From Eutreptiella sp. 'Long Island Sound 2002' (lineage: Eukaryota; Protista; Euglenida), in NCBI GenBank assembly GCA_964036045.1, contig OZ038378.1, forward strand, positions 43,710,001 through 43,774,000: a stretch of 64,000 bases of DNA. The letters are read 5' to 3'. A program made the position numbers and the translations under genes. Shown here one piece after another: positions 36,002 to 49,518 of this stretch. Positions within the stretch are counted from its first letter, which is position 1. Each line of letters begins with the position of its first letter. Below the pieces are notes generated by a model. The model was not told where the DNA came from. It made no database searches and was given only the letters and a program-made list of their open reading frames with translations.

Positions 36002-39000
36002 GTGACCACGTTGCACGCCTTGACTTTGAACGTTGGCGGCCCACACCTCAGCAGACGGAGGTGGGGTCGCCTCGTGCAAGAAATAGCTGCCTCCTCCCCC
36101 CACATCATTGCGCTCCGGGAGGTCCGCTTTAGAACAGGCGAGGCCCACCTCGCATACACTGCAAAGGCCGGCCCAAACTACTAACCGCTGGCCAATGATG
36201 ACAAGCGCCCCGACATGATGTTCCTTGTGCATGAGAGGGTCCACAAGTATTGCAAATTAATGGCCCACCGCTGGCCCCATGCTATAGCTCTCCGCGTCCA
36301 GATTCCAGGCATTCCCGAACTCACTTTCGTGAACTAGCATGGACCGTTCACCCTACGGGAAAGGGAGGCCTTAGACGCCTGGATTGCGTCTGTCCCCAAT
36401 GTGGGCATTGTTGGAGGAGACTTCAACGACGGAATTTGGCACGCAAGCCCACATCACAGGAGGATATGGCACGACTGGCTCGACTCCGGACTCCTTGTTG
36501 ACCCACAATACCAAACAATACCTCAAGGGCCCGAGCCACACCCGAGGGGGCAAGCCCCTGGACGCGCTCCTCCTGTCGCAAACAACATGGAATGCACTCA
36601 CGCCGGTGGCCTACCAAGCGACCACGTTCCTGTCGGTAGGGGACCACGTAGGTGTCGAAATCCACACCACGGTCGTGCTCCTTGAGCCGCAGTCCCCAGA
36701 CCCCGAGGCCATCAGCATCCGTGACTGGACGAGTAGAGATCTGAAGGGCTTCCGCGCACACATGGGGAGCTGGTACCGGGGTGTCCCCAAAAACATGACC
36801 ATGGAGACCGCCAGCAATATGGTGCGGAAAGAGGTCGCGCGGTACGTCGCTGCGCACAAGAAGCCAGACAGACGACCAGACCAGGCTCATCACGATATGC
36901 AGACCCGTCTCGCCAAGAACCCTTGTGACCAGGCCGCACACAAACAATGGGGTGAACACATGCAATGCAAACGCCACACGGAGGTGATGAAGAAACTGCG
37001 CTGTTTCCGCAAATCCGCGGTTGGAAGCACAGGGACATTCTTCACGGACCTCGCCACGTGGCTTGTGAAGCCTACTCACGTTTCTTCCATGTCTCCCACT
37101 CTGGCGTCGGCAAACAAAAAGCTGCCATTTTTTGCGGGAGATCCGCAATGGGTTCCAGAGAAGGCCTTCAATATGTTGCCAAATCTCCGCGTGCCAAGAA
37201 CTCCCGTGGATCAGACCCTACCAACGTTGCGCGAGAGGTGGCCAATCAGGCCAAGAAAAAGTTGATGGGCATGGACGGGGTCCCGCCGCACACAATACAG
37301 TGGCTACCGGAGAACGTACAATGGATCCTATATCTCTCTGGGACGTGCGGTTTCATGCCAACACGGAGCGTTTTCAGGGGTTGGTGCCTTTGTGGTCTCA
37401 TTTGTGCCCGCTGAGTGTCCGGTTGGGGGGGGTATGTGGGGCATATTCGGAAAGCCCTTGAAAAGGGCTATTCGGAACACCCCAGGTTTGCATGCTGTGC
37501 TAACGACATGTTTGAGATTTTTCTCCGCTTTGGACAGTGCCTGTGTTGCCTGCTGCCTATTTTTGCTAACAGGCAGCCACCATGTCTTCATACAAATTCA
37601 CACAACGTGCTGTTGCTTCCCCTGATGCGCCACTGAAACCTTTGGTGCGAAAAAGAGCGCGATCTGGGGGTGAAACTTGGGTGCAGGTGACGCGGCGGCC
37701 TGACTTGCGCGCCAAAAAGCCTCGTACCGGTGGGTCACAGCAGCCTGCATGCGCCCACACAGAGCACGACATTTTATCCACTACTGAGGCCGCGGCTTTT
37801 GCAGCCCAGTTTTGGGATAAAAAGATTCACCCCACCAAGGCTTCGCAACACGAATTTCTGGCTGCAGGATTGGGAAAAACTGAAGAAATATGTTCCCAGT
37901 CACAAGCACGGGGATGTGTGCCCCAATGGAGTCCCGGCCCTTGCAGAAAGGGGCAACGATGACAACGAATCGGATTCGGAATAATGAGTGATCCCTGGAC
38001 CATTGCCTGTGCCCTGTGTGTCCTCCCTTGTACAGCTCGGTGCGCAAAACTGTGACCACCTACCCCCCCCAACCCATACATTTCTGAAACGGCGTTTTCC
38101 CACAGATTTCGAAAAGCATACACATACCCCCCCCAAGGTGACGACATTTTGGTGCATTACGCCAAAAGTTGAGAAAAGTCTGAAAAAATGTGAAAACGCT
38201 CCGTGTTGGCATGAACCGGATGTCCCAGAGAGATATAGAAGGGTCTGTGAGGTATGGAACCAGGGACAGATGCCGACAGAGTGGACTGCTACCTCCATAT
38301 CGCTGTTGTACAAGAAGGGCGACCCCAAGGATGCAAGCAACTACCATCCGTTAGCGGTATCCACATGCATGTACCAAATTACCACGAAGTTGATCTTGAG
38401 GCGCATCAAGAAACCTCTCACCGAAGTACTATCCGAACACCAAGCTGGAGGACAAAGGGGGCATACCACACTGTCCCAGGCTATAAAACTGTTGTCGCCA
38501 GCGCTGAGCATGCCGGGAACACCGGACGTGGTACTCCTTGATATCGCCAAAGCGTTTCCGAGCACGCCCCACCCACTGCTATGGGCTGCAATGCAGCAGG
38601 TGGGGGTACCAGATCGCTACATATCCATGATGCAATACACATACCAAGAGACACGGTGCTAATATCGGGTGGATGGCGAAAAACATTCATACCACCAGAG
38701 CAGGGGAGTGAAGGAGGGATGTCCCCTCTCCCCCCTACTCTTTTGCGTGGTGTACGAGATGTTTCACGGAACTCTTGCGGCAGAATTCCCCTCTGTCCAC
38801 TTCTACACGTACATGGATGATGTGGCCTTTGTCTCGCCGGACCGATCGACTACGATGGCCGTACTCAGTAGGGTCACAGACCTGGGAAACACGCCGGGCT
38901 TCCATGTGAAGAGAGGAAAAACAGAGGTGTGCTCCTGGTCGGCGACCTACAAGGTGGACCAGCTACTGTGGGACGGGCAGGTTAATACTGTCGGACCTCC

Positions 39001-41855
39001 CATCCTAAGCTACCTGGGACACATCATTGCACACCCACAGTGGGCACACAAGGCGCGGCCGGACTACCTGGACTTGATTACGTCGGACCTGGCGCAATAT
39101 GCGCATATTCCCGTGGACGGCTGCGAACGAAAACATGTGGTCAATTCCATCCTGATGCCTAGGTGGCTCCACCGGGCGGTGCTCATTTCCTCTGACAGGT
39201 GGTACAAGGAGGCACACGACCCGTGTTCGGTGTTCGTACGTCAACTTAAAGGTATGGTCCCGGGACGGAATACCAAATAACTCAGTGCCCCTTTATCTTG
39301 CGGAGGCATGGGGCTGCACCAGCTATACTGGGCCTACCGACGGCGATTCATCACCACCATGCAACAGACCGTACGTCGCCAGCACCAAGCATTTCGGGTC
39401 TCCCTCAACACATCAGCGGAACGTAGCCAGAGGCCTTTTCTTGCGTACGTTACTTTGTTGAACTCAATGGGAGCAATCTCAGGCATATTGCTACAGCACC
39501 CCCGTCGTCGTCCCTTGGGTCTGAGTCTCATCGGCAGCGAGGCCACGGAGGACGGTCGCATGATCCACAATCAAATGGCCCCAGTCGGCCAAGAGGACAT
39601 AGCGCACTGGTATAGGCTTGCTAAACCGCGGTGGCATGTCGTGGATGGAGGACAGGTTCCGGCAGGCTACCAACTCACTGTGCTAGGGGGTTGTGAAGTC
39701 TACACCAACGGCTGTGGTCCGCAGGGGACAACATGGTACACGGACGGAAGTAGAAAAGGCAATCCGGCGGGTATGGGGGGCGCCACAGGCGACTGCCGTG
39801 CAGGTTTCACACTTCACTGCGGGCCACTGCACGTGATTGGAAGAGTGCGGCGTCGTCAAACCCCGTACCAAGCGGAACTCATGGGCATGTATGTAGCTTC
39901 CTGCCTGGCACGAGCTGGTGACGAGGTGGTTTCAGACAATCATGGACGTCCGCCAGCCATTAGCACAGGAGCTGCACAGCAAGTCACTGGTACCCAGGTG
40001 GTTGCCAAGCCACCGGGAGGAACGTCAGGCGCGGACGACTCAGGAAGCCCAAGACATACGGGGAAATAACGTTTCGGACTCGTTGGCATCAATGGAAGCG
40101 AGCTCCTACTGACACCATACACACCAGATGCGCCGCATGGCATAGGTGTGGGAGGCACGGGGGCACCCACACCGGCAAAAAAATGGATCACGGCAATGCG
40201 CCCACATGCCACACCGGAGGGGGCACACTGGGCAACGTGGCTGCCCTTAAAGGCGGAGCGCCGCAGGCTGTGGCTTCAGTGGGTGTGGGGGAACGTGTGG
40301 TGGAAAGGGTGTATGCCTCCATGGAAGAAGTCGGCCCTACCATGTGCTCTGTGTGGATCCACACACCAAGGAGCGGCGCAGACACGGCTTGTGCAGTGTG
40401 GGGCATGGAAGACGTTGTGTCCGGACGAGTGGGCGAAAACCTCGGGACCCTGGAAGCCAATGGCCCGGCAGTGGCTCTCTACAGACACTCCTGACGACCT
40501 TGCCCGTGTAGCGAAGTTCCACATTCCCCTGTCTCTTGTGGGGTCAATCCCGCCCGACCATATGCCCGACCTCCGGTACAGGGTGGCGGTACACCAATAT
40601 TAGTGCATGAAGCTAGCGGGTGAGCTATGTCACAACCTCCCCATGCAGCAGGACTCGGCCGAGGAGCGGCGTTCCTCATCGGGCGGAACGGCTATTTGGT
40701 ACACGACCTTTCGCCGCACGGCCGTGTGTTTGTCCCCTACCGAGGAACGCCTTGTCCAACAATGCCACTACAACCCCCGACAACGCGCGGTGGCTGGCAG
40801 CCAACAAAGGTCTGCGAAACCCAAAAGAGATCACAGGCTGGGCACCAGGCGAACGGTGACGAGACTCCTGCGTCAACCATATACCGTCTCAAGGCCGGGC
40901 ATGGTAATCTGGGCTTTACCGGTAATGACAGGGGACATACTCACTTGTGCGGAGACCTTCCTCGACACAGGCATGCACTTAACGCCGTCTGTGACCCCCC
41001 ACAAAACATTGGCGATCGATGACAGGGGCAACGTACATGGCGGTTAATAATCTGATGCAGACAACCCAATCGCTGATCAGGGGAGCCGTGAGGGGAATCG
41101 TGGCGCAACGACAGGTTACTGTCAGGGTGGCAGTGACATGGGCCGCACACGTGGACGACTGCGCTAGGGTGCTCGCCGTGTCCGCTCAGCACACGCGGTT
41201 TTGGTTCCACCATAGTGTCCGCTTGACGCTCTACGCGGCGCACCGTGCGCGATAGCTCGTCCTTTTGGGCACACCGTCCTGCCTGCGCCGCCTAACCACA
41301 AGGGCCCTGCGGCATACAGACATGTTGGAACTAGCGCTGCGCTCTGCGCTCGCCCACTCGGCCACGGTTGCCCGGGCCAACATTAGCCACCAGCAGCTGG
41401 CCTACCAAAAGTTCCGCACATGGGCTGCTATGGTGACCTATAAGGTGGGGGATAGGGACCCGTGGTTCTCCGCGGCCATGTGCGATACCTTGCAACTTGC
41501 CCGCGTCAGCCAACATAGATCCATAAAACAATGGTGGCAAGAGTCACCGGAGGAGGTGCGGGCCCGCATGAGCCGGTGGCTGATGGAGCACTAGGCCTGG
41601 GTGGACAAAATTGCACAGCGGTGGAGCCTTGTCCGGGAACAGAAAAAGAGGCCTGCGAGTGCAGTCGACTTGTCACCGGGTCGGCGTTTCAAGCGATACA
41701 GGACGCACCACTCCGACACCCCAGACTACATCCAGCTTACTGGGGACCCTCATCCGACAGACCCGTGGGAGATTCAGCTGACTGGATCACCCAGGACCCA
41801 CCGCACGTGACCTTTGGCTCGCTACCAACACCCTTGAAACACCATACTTGAAACT
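36002..41855 (+). mobile_element. Second APE-RT-RNase H non-LTR retrotransposon (different family), decayed, with a long C-terminal coding extension
   Basis: APE: LTLNVGG, IIALREV, VGGDFND, LDALL, GDHVGV. RT: GMDGVPP, YKKGDP...NYHPL, LDIAKAFP, GVKEGCPLSP, YMDD. RNase H: WYTDGS, AELMG, VVSDN, WLPSH, GNNVSDSLA. Zn knuckle: CALC. Several stops and frameshifts; the ends are approximate. Confidence 0.92.
37333..38233. mobile_element. 901 bp non-autonomous DNA transposon (MITE) with ~44 bp TIRs and a TA target-site duplication
   Basis: The left TIR tctctctgggacgtgcggtttcatgccaacacggagcgttttca pairs with the right TIR at 38191-38233. Removing it plus one TA restores the RT frame tgg atc cta tat aga agg (WILYRR). 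Confidence 0.93.
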
Positions 41856-44270
41856 TCGGACTGGGCAGCCAATGCCCGTGGCAGAGTAGATCTGCCCACC
41901 GCTGTCAGCCGGCCTGTGGGATAACTTGTCCCCACAAGCTTTCTCGATGGACGTGCATAACCCGCACGAAGCCTGTGGCTATAGTTACAACGGCTGGACT
42001 GATGCTAGGCAACCTGCCTATGAGTGCCTCTTCGTTGTTCGTAGTGAGACTTTGAACCTCGAACTTATGTGGCGCCGAAAAAGAAAAGCAACGAACTGCT
42101 GAACATGGAACGGCATCCGTCAAGTAGTGTAAAACACACAGTGCTGTCAACAGCTTCAACTTGATCCACTGTTTTCATCGGCGTGTGTGCAGGCACATTC
42201 CATCCATCATCAATATGGCCACATTACCCCTGCCTTCTCAGGGTCCCCATGGTGGGGAGAAATCAACATGGCAACATAACCCCTGGCCAAGTTGATGGGG
42301 CACAACGGAAGAGTTGAAATCCCGATTCAGGAAAAACACACATTCGGTGAAAGGAGTTTTCTAACCGTTTCACTATAGAGCGCCACAATCTTTTTGGCGT
42401 TGTTGGCACCCAACGAGCTTTTCCCTATTGCCACCATTTGGTGTGGGTTGGGGGGTGTAGAGGGGAGGGAGAGGGGGGGAGGGGGCTAGGTTTGGTCTAA
42501 CACGTAAGGCCCCCCATGGCTGTGACTGTCACCGTTGCTTTGATTGCCGCTGTTGGTAACCAAAGATCGACGATGTGGTAGGTGAGCTTCATGAGGGGAA
42601 GTGTGTCACACACTTGTCTTGTGTTGTAGCAACAGCAGCAATGGGTCAGCATGTTGTGCAAGGCTTGCAAGCACAACAACAACAGTGGTAAAAGTGGCCT
42701 GCAAGAAATACTAAATGTGGCCGGGCTAGCGGCCAAATCATGTGGGCAAGGCACTGTAACTACGGAGGGGGCCAACCAAAAGGGGAAAATACTCCTTGAG
42801 TGTGCTGCAGTAGTGCACCTCATGCACAACAAAGGGTGGAAAATCTTGCTTGATCAGTGTGTCCATGGGGGGGGGTGTGGAAGGGAGACGTGCTGCAAGA
42901 CATTTTTGCGTAGACATTTGCCGCAAGTGGAGGACCACTTTTTGTGCCACGTGTGTCTTTGCATGCTGGACACGGTGGTTCACGTGGAATGGGCTAAAGC
43001 AATCGAGGGGGTATAGTATGGCAATGGGCAAGACCCATCTACAGCTGCAGTGGGGTAAACTTTTGTGGTCACACTTGTGGATACACTGCCTTTTTTTTCC
43101 GTCCGTGTCGAATCCTCTCCGAATTCGCATGTTTTTGCAACGGATGGGAGCCACCGGCGGCTGAAGCGCATGTTGTGCAATAGTCGTGACGTAAGCCTCG
43201 GCCTTGCTTGCAAATGATTGTGGATGACAAATTAAAACATGGCCACATTTGCACTAGGTTCATTGCCCATTCAAAAGCAACGCCATCGCCCATGCACAAG
43301 GGGCACATGGGTATAGGAGTGGACGCCCATCTTCGAGGACACTTTCCCCTCCTCAGACCGCCCCAAGGACAGTGGGGATCAGCGGGTCCTCTAAGCGTCA
43401 AAGGGGGCGAACCTTGACGGCGTCGCCACCCAAAAACCCCCGATTTCGACAAGCGAGGTTATCCGTGCAGAGTAGGGCCGGATGGTCCCTCTTCAATCTC
43501 ACAAGCTTGTGGTGGGCGACTGCGTTGGCGTTATGGGGTACAAGCGACAACATCTTGATCCCGATATGAGACATGTACTTGCGGGGGTCCCCCACTCTTG
43601 GTTTCACGGGCTATTCAGCGGGACTTCACCTAAGGCGAGGGCTCACAGAGCTACTTCATCGCCGAATCTACGCATGCCTTGCCACGGTCTTGGCACCAAA
43701 TTCCCATCCATGTGCACAGTGGCAACACTTTGGTGTTGCCGAGCAATGTCATTCATGGTGGCAGCGCAGTGCCCTTCGACTAGCCCAAGGATTCTCGCAC
43801 GACCATCTTACTCGGGACCCCCACACATAAGTTGATAGACCGGTTCACTTGTGGTCTTGCTACTCCATTTTGGGCCACGGAACACTTCAAGGTGATGTCC
43901 ATTTGCAGCATCCATGGGTGCCGTGCCACGCATGTTGCTCGAGTTTGCCTGTTCAGTCGTCACACAAAGCTTAGTGCAAAGCACATTGGACATCTTTGCC
44001 CAAGTTGCAGTGCACCGTCGTCTGAGGATCGCACCCTGACTCCCATCCTGCCGCCCACCACTCTCAGAGCCCTGGTGTTCACGATGGTCTGCTACCTGTC
44101 AGCAGTTCGAGCTTCGTCGCCACTTTGTTGCCCAAACTCCCTCCACCAATGCTCCAGGTCCCGCCCTCAAATCTCAAATGCTACACCCAACCCGAAGGAT
44201 TGCTCAATCGGCCCATGCTTAGGAGTTACTGCCGTCCCCCAAGCTGGTGGACAGTGTTATTCTAAATGCA

Positions 44271-45281
44271 GGCCTTCGGACCATCATCGCCACGGTGGAC
44301 GCGTACCTCGCTGGGTTTGCCCTACCCGAGGACAACAAGAAGGGGGCCGTGCTCTACCGGTGGGAGCTGGCCCTGCCGGATGCCCCCTTGTTTCACATGT
44401 CGGTTGGGTTGCCCAGCACTGCCGACCCGCACACTTGCACCCCCCCCCCCCCCCCACCACTTGTTAGGACGCATTTGCTAAAGTAGTGGTTTCCAAACTT
44501 AGACCAAAAAGTGACTGTAAAGTAGATTACAGACCTTGGTGTCACACTAGAGACTGAAAAAAGTAGGTTACATACCTGAATTTTAGACGTGAAAGTCCAA
44601 CCAGTAAGTGGGTTCCTAATCTTGGTTTCAGTCCTCAAAGTGGCAACTTACTGGGGTCATTTTGAGGGTTCTTAGATAGACTTTGTAAAGAAAAGTGACT
44701 CACCGGTTGGTATTACGTGCACTTGCTTGCGTCGCTTGACCGCTGCACGGTTCCGCGGTTAACTCCTTGTCTTGTAGGCCTCCGTCTATCTTTGGCCCGA
44801 TGTGGTGCACGACAACGTAGAGCTCGATGAGGCAGTGCTCGCGATGCCCAAAATGGTGATTTGAGGCTAGTCCATCCTTGAGGTACCGGTATCCGGCAAG
44901 GTGGCCCTGGCAGCAATCGAGTGGCCCGCTGTGGCGCGGCAACGGCTCGTGGAGGTCCGGCACATGATCATTGTGGAGGATCAAACGAGGTGAATCCACA
45001 TGGCGGTACCGCAACTAGTGGTGGGCAGTGCCAAGACGCTGTACGGGCCGTCGGTGCTTGTGCGCCTGCAATGCGCCTCACTGCAAGTCACTAGGGTTGG
45101 GTCCACCAAGGTGAGCCTGGGCCTAGCTGACGAGTTTTTTTGGATCTTCGCCGCAAAGAGTACCGTGGGGAACTATGACCATGTGCTGCTCTGTAACGGC
45201 ATTCATTTGAGGGCTATTAATAATTATTGTTAATATATTATATATATAAATATATAATATATATATATATATATATAATAT

Positions 45282-45325
<44 letters not shown>

Positions 45326-45774
45326 AATATATATATATAAAATATTAATAATAGTACATCGTGGGTGAGGCAGATCCGTGCAATTGGTGGCGATGTTGTA
45401 CCTCAGAGCATCTTGGATTGGGCAACGGTAAAGATTGACGGCTACGTGCTCGGTCAAAAGTGGGATTTGTCGGTGGGCGCAGCCGCATCAATGAGGAGCT
45501 TTCTGAGGAGCATGCTCAGGTAGCCCCAAAGAGACCTCGAGATGGCAAATCGGATGGGATGGTGCCCAAAGTCCCGCAAACAACTGGACAGGTGGATGGC
45601 AAGAGTGCCGCCCTTGACCTGAAGGACAATTGTAGAGTTGTGCGGCAACACTTGGAGGCAGAGGAGCACAAGCGACTGACCACAACTCAACGGGAAGCCG
45701 AGCGAGGGTGGGAGTGCAAGAGGAAAGGTGTGGACGCCTTGCAGCATGCGAGGGCCGACATGATGAGGTGGTAG
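44271..45774 (+). pseudogene. Decayed protein-coding gene of unknown family, with a candidate GT-AG intron (44403-44777) and a (TA)n insertion
   Basis: Coding-like frames GLRTIIATVDAYLAGF...FHMS | ASVYLWPDVVHDNV... join at phase 0. The frame continues through three stops to 45224 and resumes after the TA block. Confidence 0.35.
45225..45352. repeat. (TA)n-rich block flanked by a 10 bp direct repeat
   Basis: Almost pure A/T tract; tattaataat occurs at 45215-45224 and 45343-45352. Confidence 0.9.
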
Positions 45775-48153
45775 CGCTACTAGGTGGTGCATCAAGGAGT
45801 TGGAGACCAAACTAGCGGCAAAGACGCCTGAAGGGACGCGCCTACGGATGCAGCATATCACCTCCTAGGCTGCACAAGCGGCCGTTGAGGAGCGCGAGCA
45901 GAAGCTTTCGGATGTGTTGGCACCGTGTGGGAGTGCTCCGTCTTCCCAAGGTTCTCCATCAGCCGCGCGGTTTTCCCCAGAGAGCTTCGGCAAGTAGTAA
46001 TTGGCCACATGACTTTTCTGTTTCATTGCAATTCATCACTAGATTTTACTTCGGCACGTCATGTGTGCGCGTCACCGGTTGTGCACACACCGCACTGCTC
46101 CGCTTGCACACAATTTTTGGGTTGCACATATCGTTTGCGGAATTTTCCTGTGCCCGCCTGTGAGAGGTAGGCGTTGTGTGCATGGGCTGCCATGTGCGCC
46201 GCGTGTATCAAAAGTTGTACAACGTATCCCAACCATTTCCATTCCATTCCTTCCATCGTAGTCCTTAATTGTGTCTCACCGACCACTCCCACTAAACTGG
46301 AATGTGGACAGCCAGGCACACATTAGAACAAAAAAATTATAAGGAGGAGCCCCCCCAATCCAGGTCCAACCTCCCCCCCCTGAGACCCCCCCCTCCCCCT
46401 CTTCCAATGCAGGTGGAAGTTTGAGTGGGGGTCCTGGAAAGTTATTTCGGTTGACAGTTTCAGGTGCAACTTGAGTAAGTGCCTTGTGGTAGCATCTCTC
46501 AATGCGGAAGCTTCTTGGGGGCACAACTTTGCGAGGCAGTCAAAAGTCTTAGGGATCTATAGATTGCTTTGTGTCATGTTGCCCATTTTTCTCTAATGAT
46601 GCGAAAGACTCTTGTTAAATTTTTATTTGTTGCGAGTGCCCCTCCACTAAGGACGGATGCCCAATGTGGATTGATTGCTTTGAGTTGGCTGTGCACTATA
46701 CATCTGTTGACCACCGCGAATTCACAGCCACCATCCAGAGAGCAGCGGGAATCAACAACAACCATCACTAGGAATCAAAAGCAAGTATCCACAGCCCACC
46801 AGCAATATAGGCCAAGAGATTTTCATCTGCCGAAACCCTTCAAGGAGTAGTTGTCAAGGAGGCCGGTAACCCCCCCCCCCCCCTAGACCCCCCTCCAGAC
46901 CCCAAACCCACCCCTCCTCCTCTCTGATGCGTCCCTAGGGATAGCACTATTCTCTGCCGCAAGCGAATAAGTCACCAGCTGTACGTGAATGTCCCATGCT
47001 GATAGTGTATGAAATGCAATCCGCTTATATGAGCCTTCAATCTTCACCCTTTTGTGTCTTTCAGGCTACAATCATGGTGCCTCATGCACATTGGAAAGCC
47101 CACGGGCGTGGCAGTCTCCCACTGCATAACTTGGGTTTAGACCCAGTAATTGCCTACTTTTAGGTATGAACTTGGACCTGGACCGGGAACCCACCCACTA
47201 GTTTGACTTTCAGGTCTGAAACCTACTTACTAGTTTGACTTTTTGGTCTAAAACGCAGTTTTGTAACGTACTTTACGGTCACTTTGTGGCTCAATTTTCT
47301 ACCACAACTTTACCAAATTTCATCATCAAATCTTGCCATTGGCTGTGTGGTGCGCACCAGACACAGGTATAGGCACATGCACAGACACAGCATAGGCACA
47401 CGCACAGACACAGGCACGGACACAAGCCAAATCGATCATCAGGTCCCACATGATTGCATCCCACTGTGCCATTTGCCATGTGCACGGAGGGCATTCAACC
47501 ACCCAGTTTGGTCACACCCATCATGCACCCCGCATCCGCTCTGCAGGCTCTGAAAACGGGCGGTTGCCACATCACTGACCCCCCTCCCCCGGCAAGGGGG
47601 GGGGGTCGGAACCCCTTCGGAATGGAATGGAATGAGCTGGCGTAGCCTGCTGACTTCATAGAACTCGAGATCACCTCTCCGGATCAAGGTTGAGAGCTGT
47701 GCAGTACTACGATGATGCCACAATGGCCGTGGTAGCGGATCTGCCATGCAGTGAGGATTCGTTGAGGCCATTTTGGGAGTTCTCGATCAACTTTTTGACC
47801 TCAAACTCACTTATTGGTGGGGGTTACCCCTAGCTGGTGACTTCATTTTTTGTCCCTTGGTTTCCCACCCTGTTACAAGCTTTTGAGGCATTTACCACTA
47901 GTGCCTCCCCTCCTTGGACCGCCTTAGCAACGGGAGCGTTTGCAAAACTGCAGGGCATTGCAAGGGCGGTACTAGGAGTTGAGGATGTCCGCATTGAGAC
48001 ATCGAGCACTAGTGTGTTCACACGACACGGCGCTCCATAAGACCCCTCAGCAGTTACGGAGGACAACAAGTCGGGCAAATGTGGCTATGCGGTTGAGGTG
48101 CTTCGTAGTCCACGGCGGCTTGGATTGTCGGTGCAGCAGACAAAGCGTTAACC

Positions 48154-49518
48154 TTGACACCAACTTTGGCACGGCGTGGTAGACATGAGGGGAGAGCGAT
48201 TGCGTACCAGTCCCGGCCGCATGTTGTTTGTCCCGCTGAGGAGCACCCACGTGTAGGTGCGGCAGCCACTTTGCGGAATGTGGTCATGTCATGCTTGGAG
48301 CAAGCACACGCCAGCGGGGAGTTGGAGGTGCCATTGAGTGGGGTGACAGTGGACCTCTGCCCCGATGCCACACCACTTTGGCGCACAAGTGCCATGCGGT
48401 GTGATGTCTACTGGGGGTGTTGAGAAGGGGGCCCTGCAGCTGCAGGCCAGCCGCATCGTTGGGCAACATGGTGGGTCATGGACGGCCGCGACGACACACA
48501 CCCTCTTCGTGCTATTGATTACAGCGCCTCGCTCAATGACCAAGTCCAAGGAGTGGAGTGGGCGTTGGACATTATTGTCCGGGGACTTGGAGTGGCGCGC
48601 TTTAGGTGCCATTTAACTCGGGATGGTAAAGGGACGGCATCCATGAATCATTCACCCAGCAAAAACTGTTGGTGTTGTGATGATAGGGCAACATTTGAAC
48701 CGGCCAATGCCGTGGCTCCTACACCACGGGGGGGGGCCTTTGTACGGTGTGTGCCCCCATATTGCCGGGTCGGTGACTATGCCCATGCTTTGGCGTGCGT
48801 ATGTAATGCGGTACGCAAACACCTTAGCGCGAATGTGTCCGCGTGGGTTGCCAATGGAGAAGGCCGCAGCTGTGTGGGCCGCCTCAAAGGACCGTGGGCA
48901 GAATTCACCCAAAAGGTAGCACGGATCCCAGAGTCAGAATGCATTGCCATACGACCAACGAAGGATGGTCAATTTGACATCACATCCTTGGGATTTTTTC
49001 TCACGTAGCCCTTATGGCAACGTCGTGTGGTGGACCTCATCCATGAGTTCTACCCACAAAAAAGAGTAGAAGGCCATCCATACTATGTCCATGCCGTCTT
49101 GCACTCCGTGCTATCATGTGTTGCAAAGTTGCAAACCCTGTGGCACCACAAGGCATGGTTAACAAATGCCCAAGTGGAGGAGGGTCAGAGTGCTGCAACA
49201 CGCCTTCGACAATTTTGGGAGATGCTTGGATCGAAACCCACGGTTGTCTGGGTACATTGGGCAGTTGCCCACAGTGGCTTCTAAATGGAACGATATCGCT
49301 CCATTTATTTGTTTAGTAGCATTCCCACCGAACACCGAAATTCTCGGTTTAAGGTGGAATTGTGAAATTGTTTCAAGGGTTGGCCCGTGCGACGCCCATT
49401 GTTGAACCGAAGTGGGTTGAAGCACTTTGTAAATATGCATGCGATCGACCTTGGTATGGAAATCTTTGATGCCAAACAACACCGAGTGCTCCCAAAAACC
49501 AAGAGAGTGCGCATGTAA
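48154..49518 (+). pseudogene. RAG1/Transib (CMC-Transib group)-like DDE transposase; four in-frame stops, no frameshift over ~450 codons; N-terminal remnants probably extend to ~47750
   Basis: DLCPDAT (D 48364), HLTRDGK (D 48622), CWCC (48667/48676), GDYAH (48772-48786), WVHWAVAH (H 49255/49270) and FSSIPTEHRN (E 49330). The order matches the RAG1 core, and the H-x4-H-x19-E spacing is identical. Confidence 0.75.

Noticed and set aside
18061-41594. Stop-codon reassignment to explain the many in-frame TAG/TAA stops in retroelement ORFs
   Set aside because: By context TAG replaces Trp in one element and other residues in the second, and frameshifts co-occur. Ordinary mutational decay explains it.
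42497-43830. Cys/His-rich ORF fragments as a transposase
   Set aside because: No consistent frame or catalytic motif; it may be decayed coding DNA but cannot be assigned.
47462-47468. RSS heptamer (CACAGTG on the minus strand) near the RAG-like ORF
   Set aside because: It points away from the ORF and has no nonamer at 12 or 23 bp; expected by chance.
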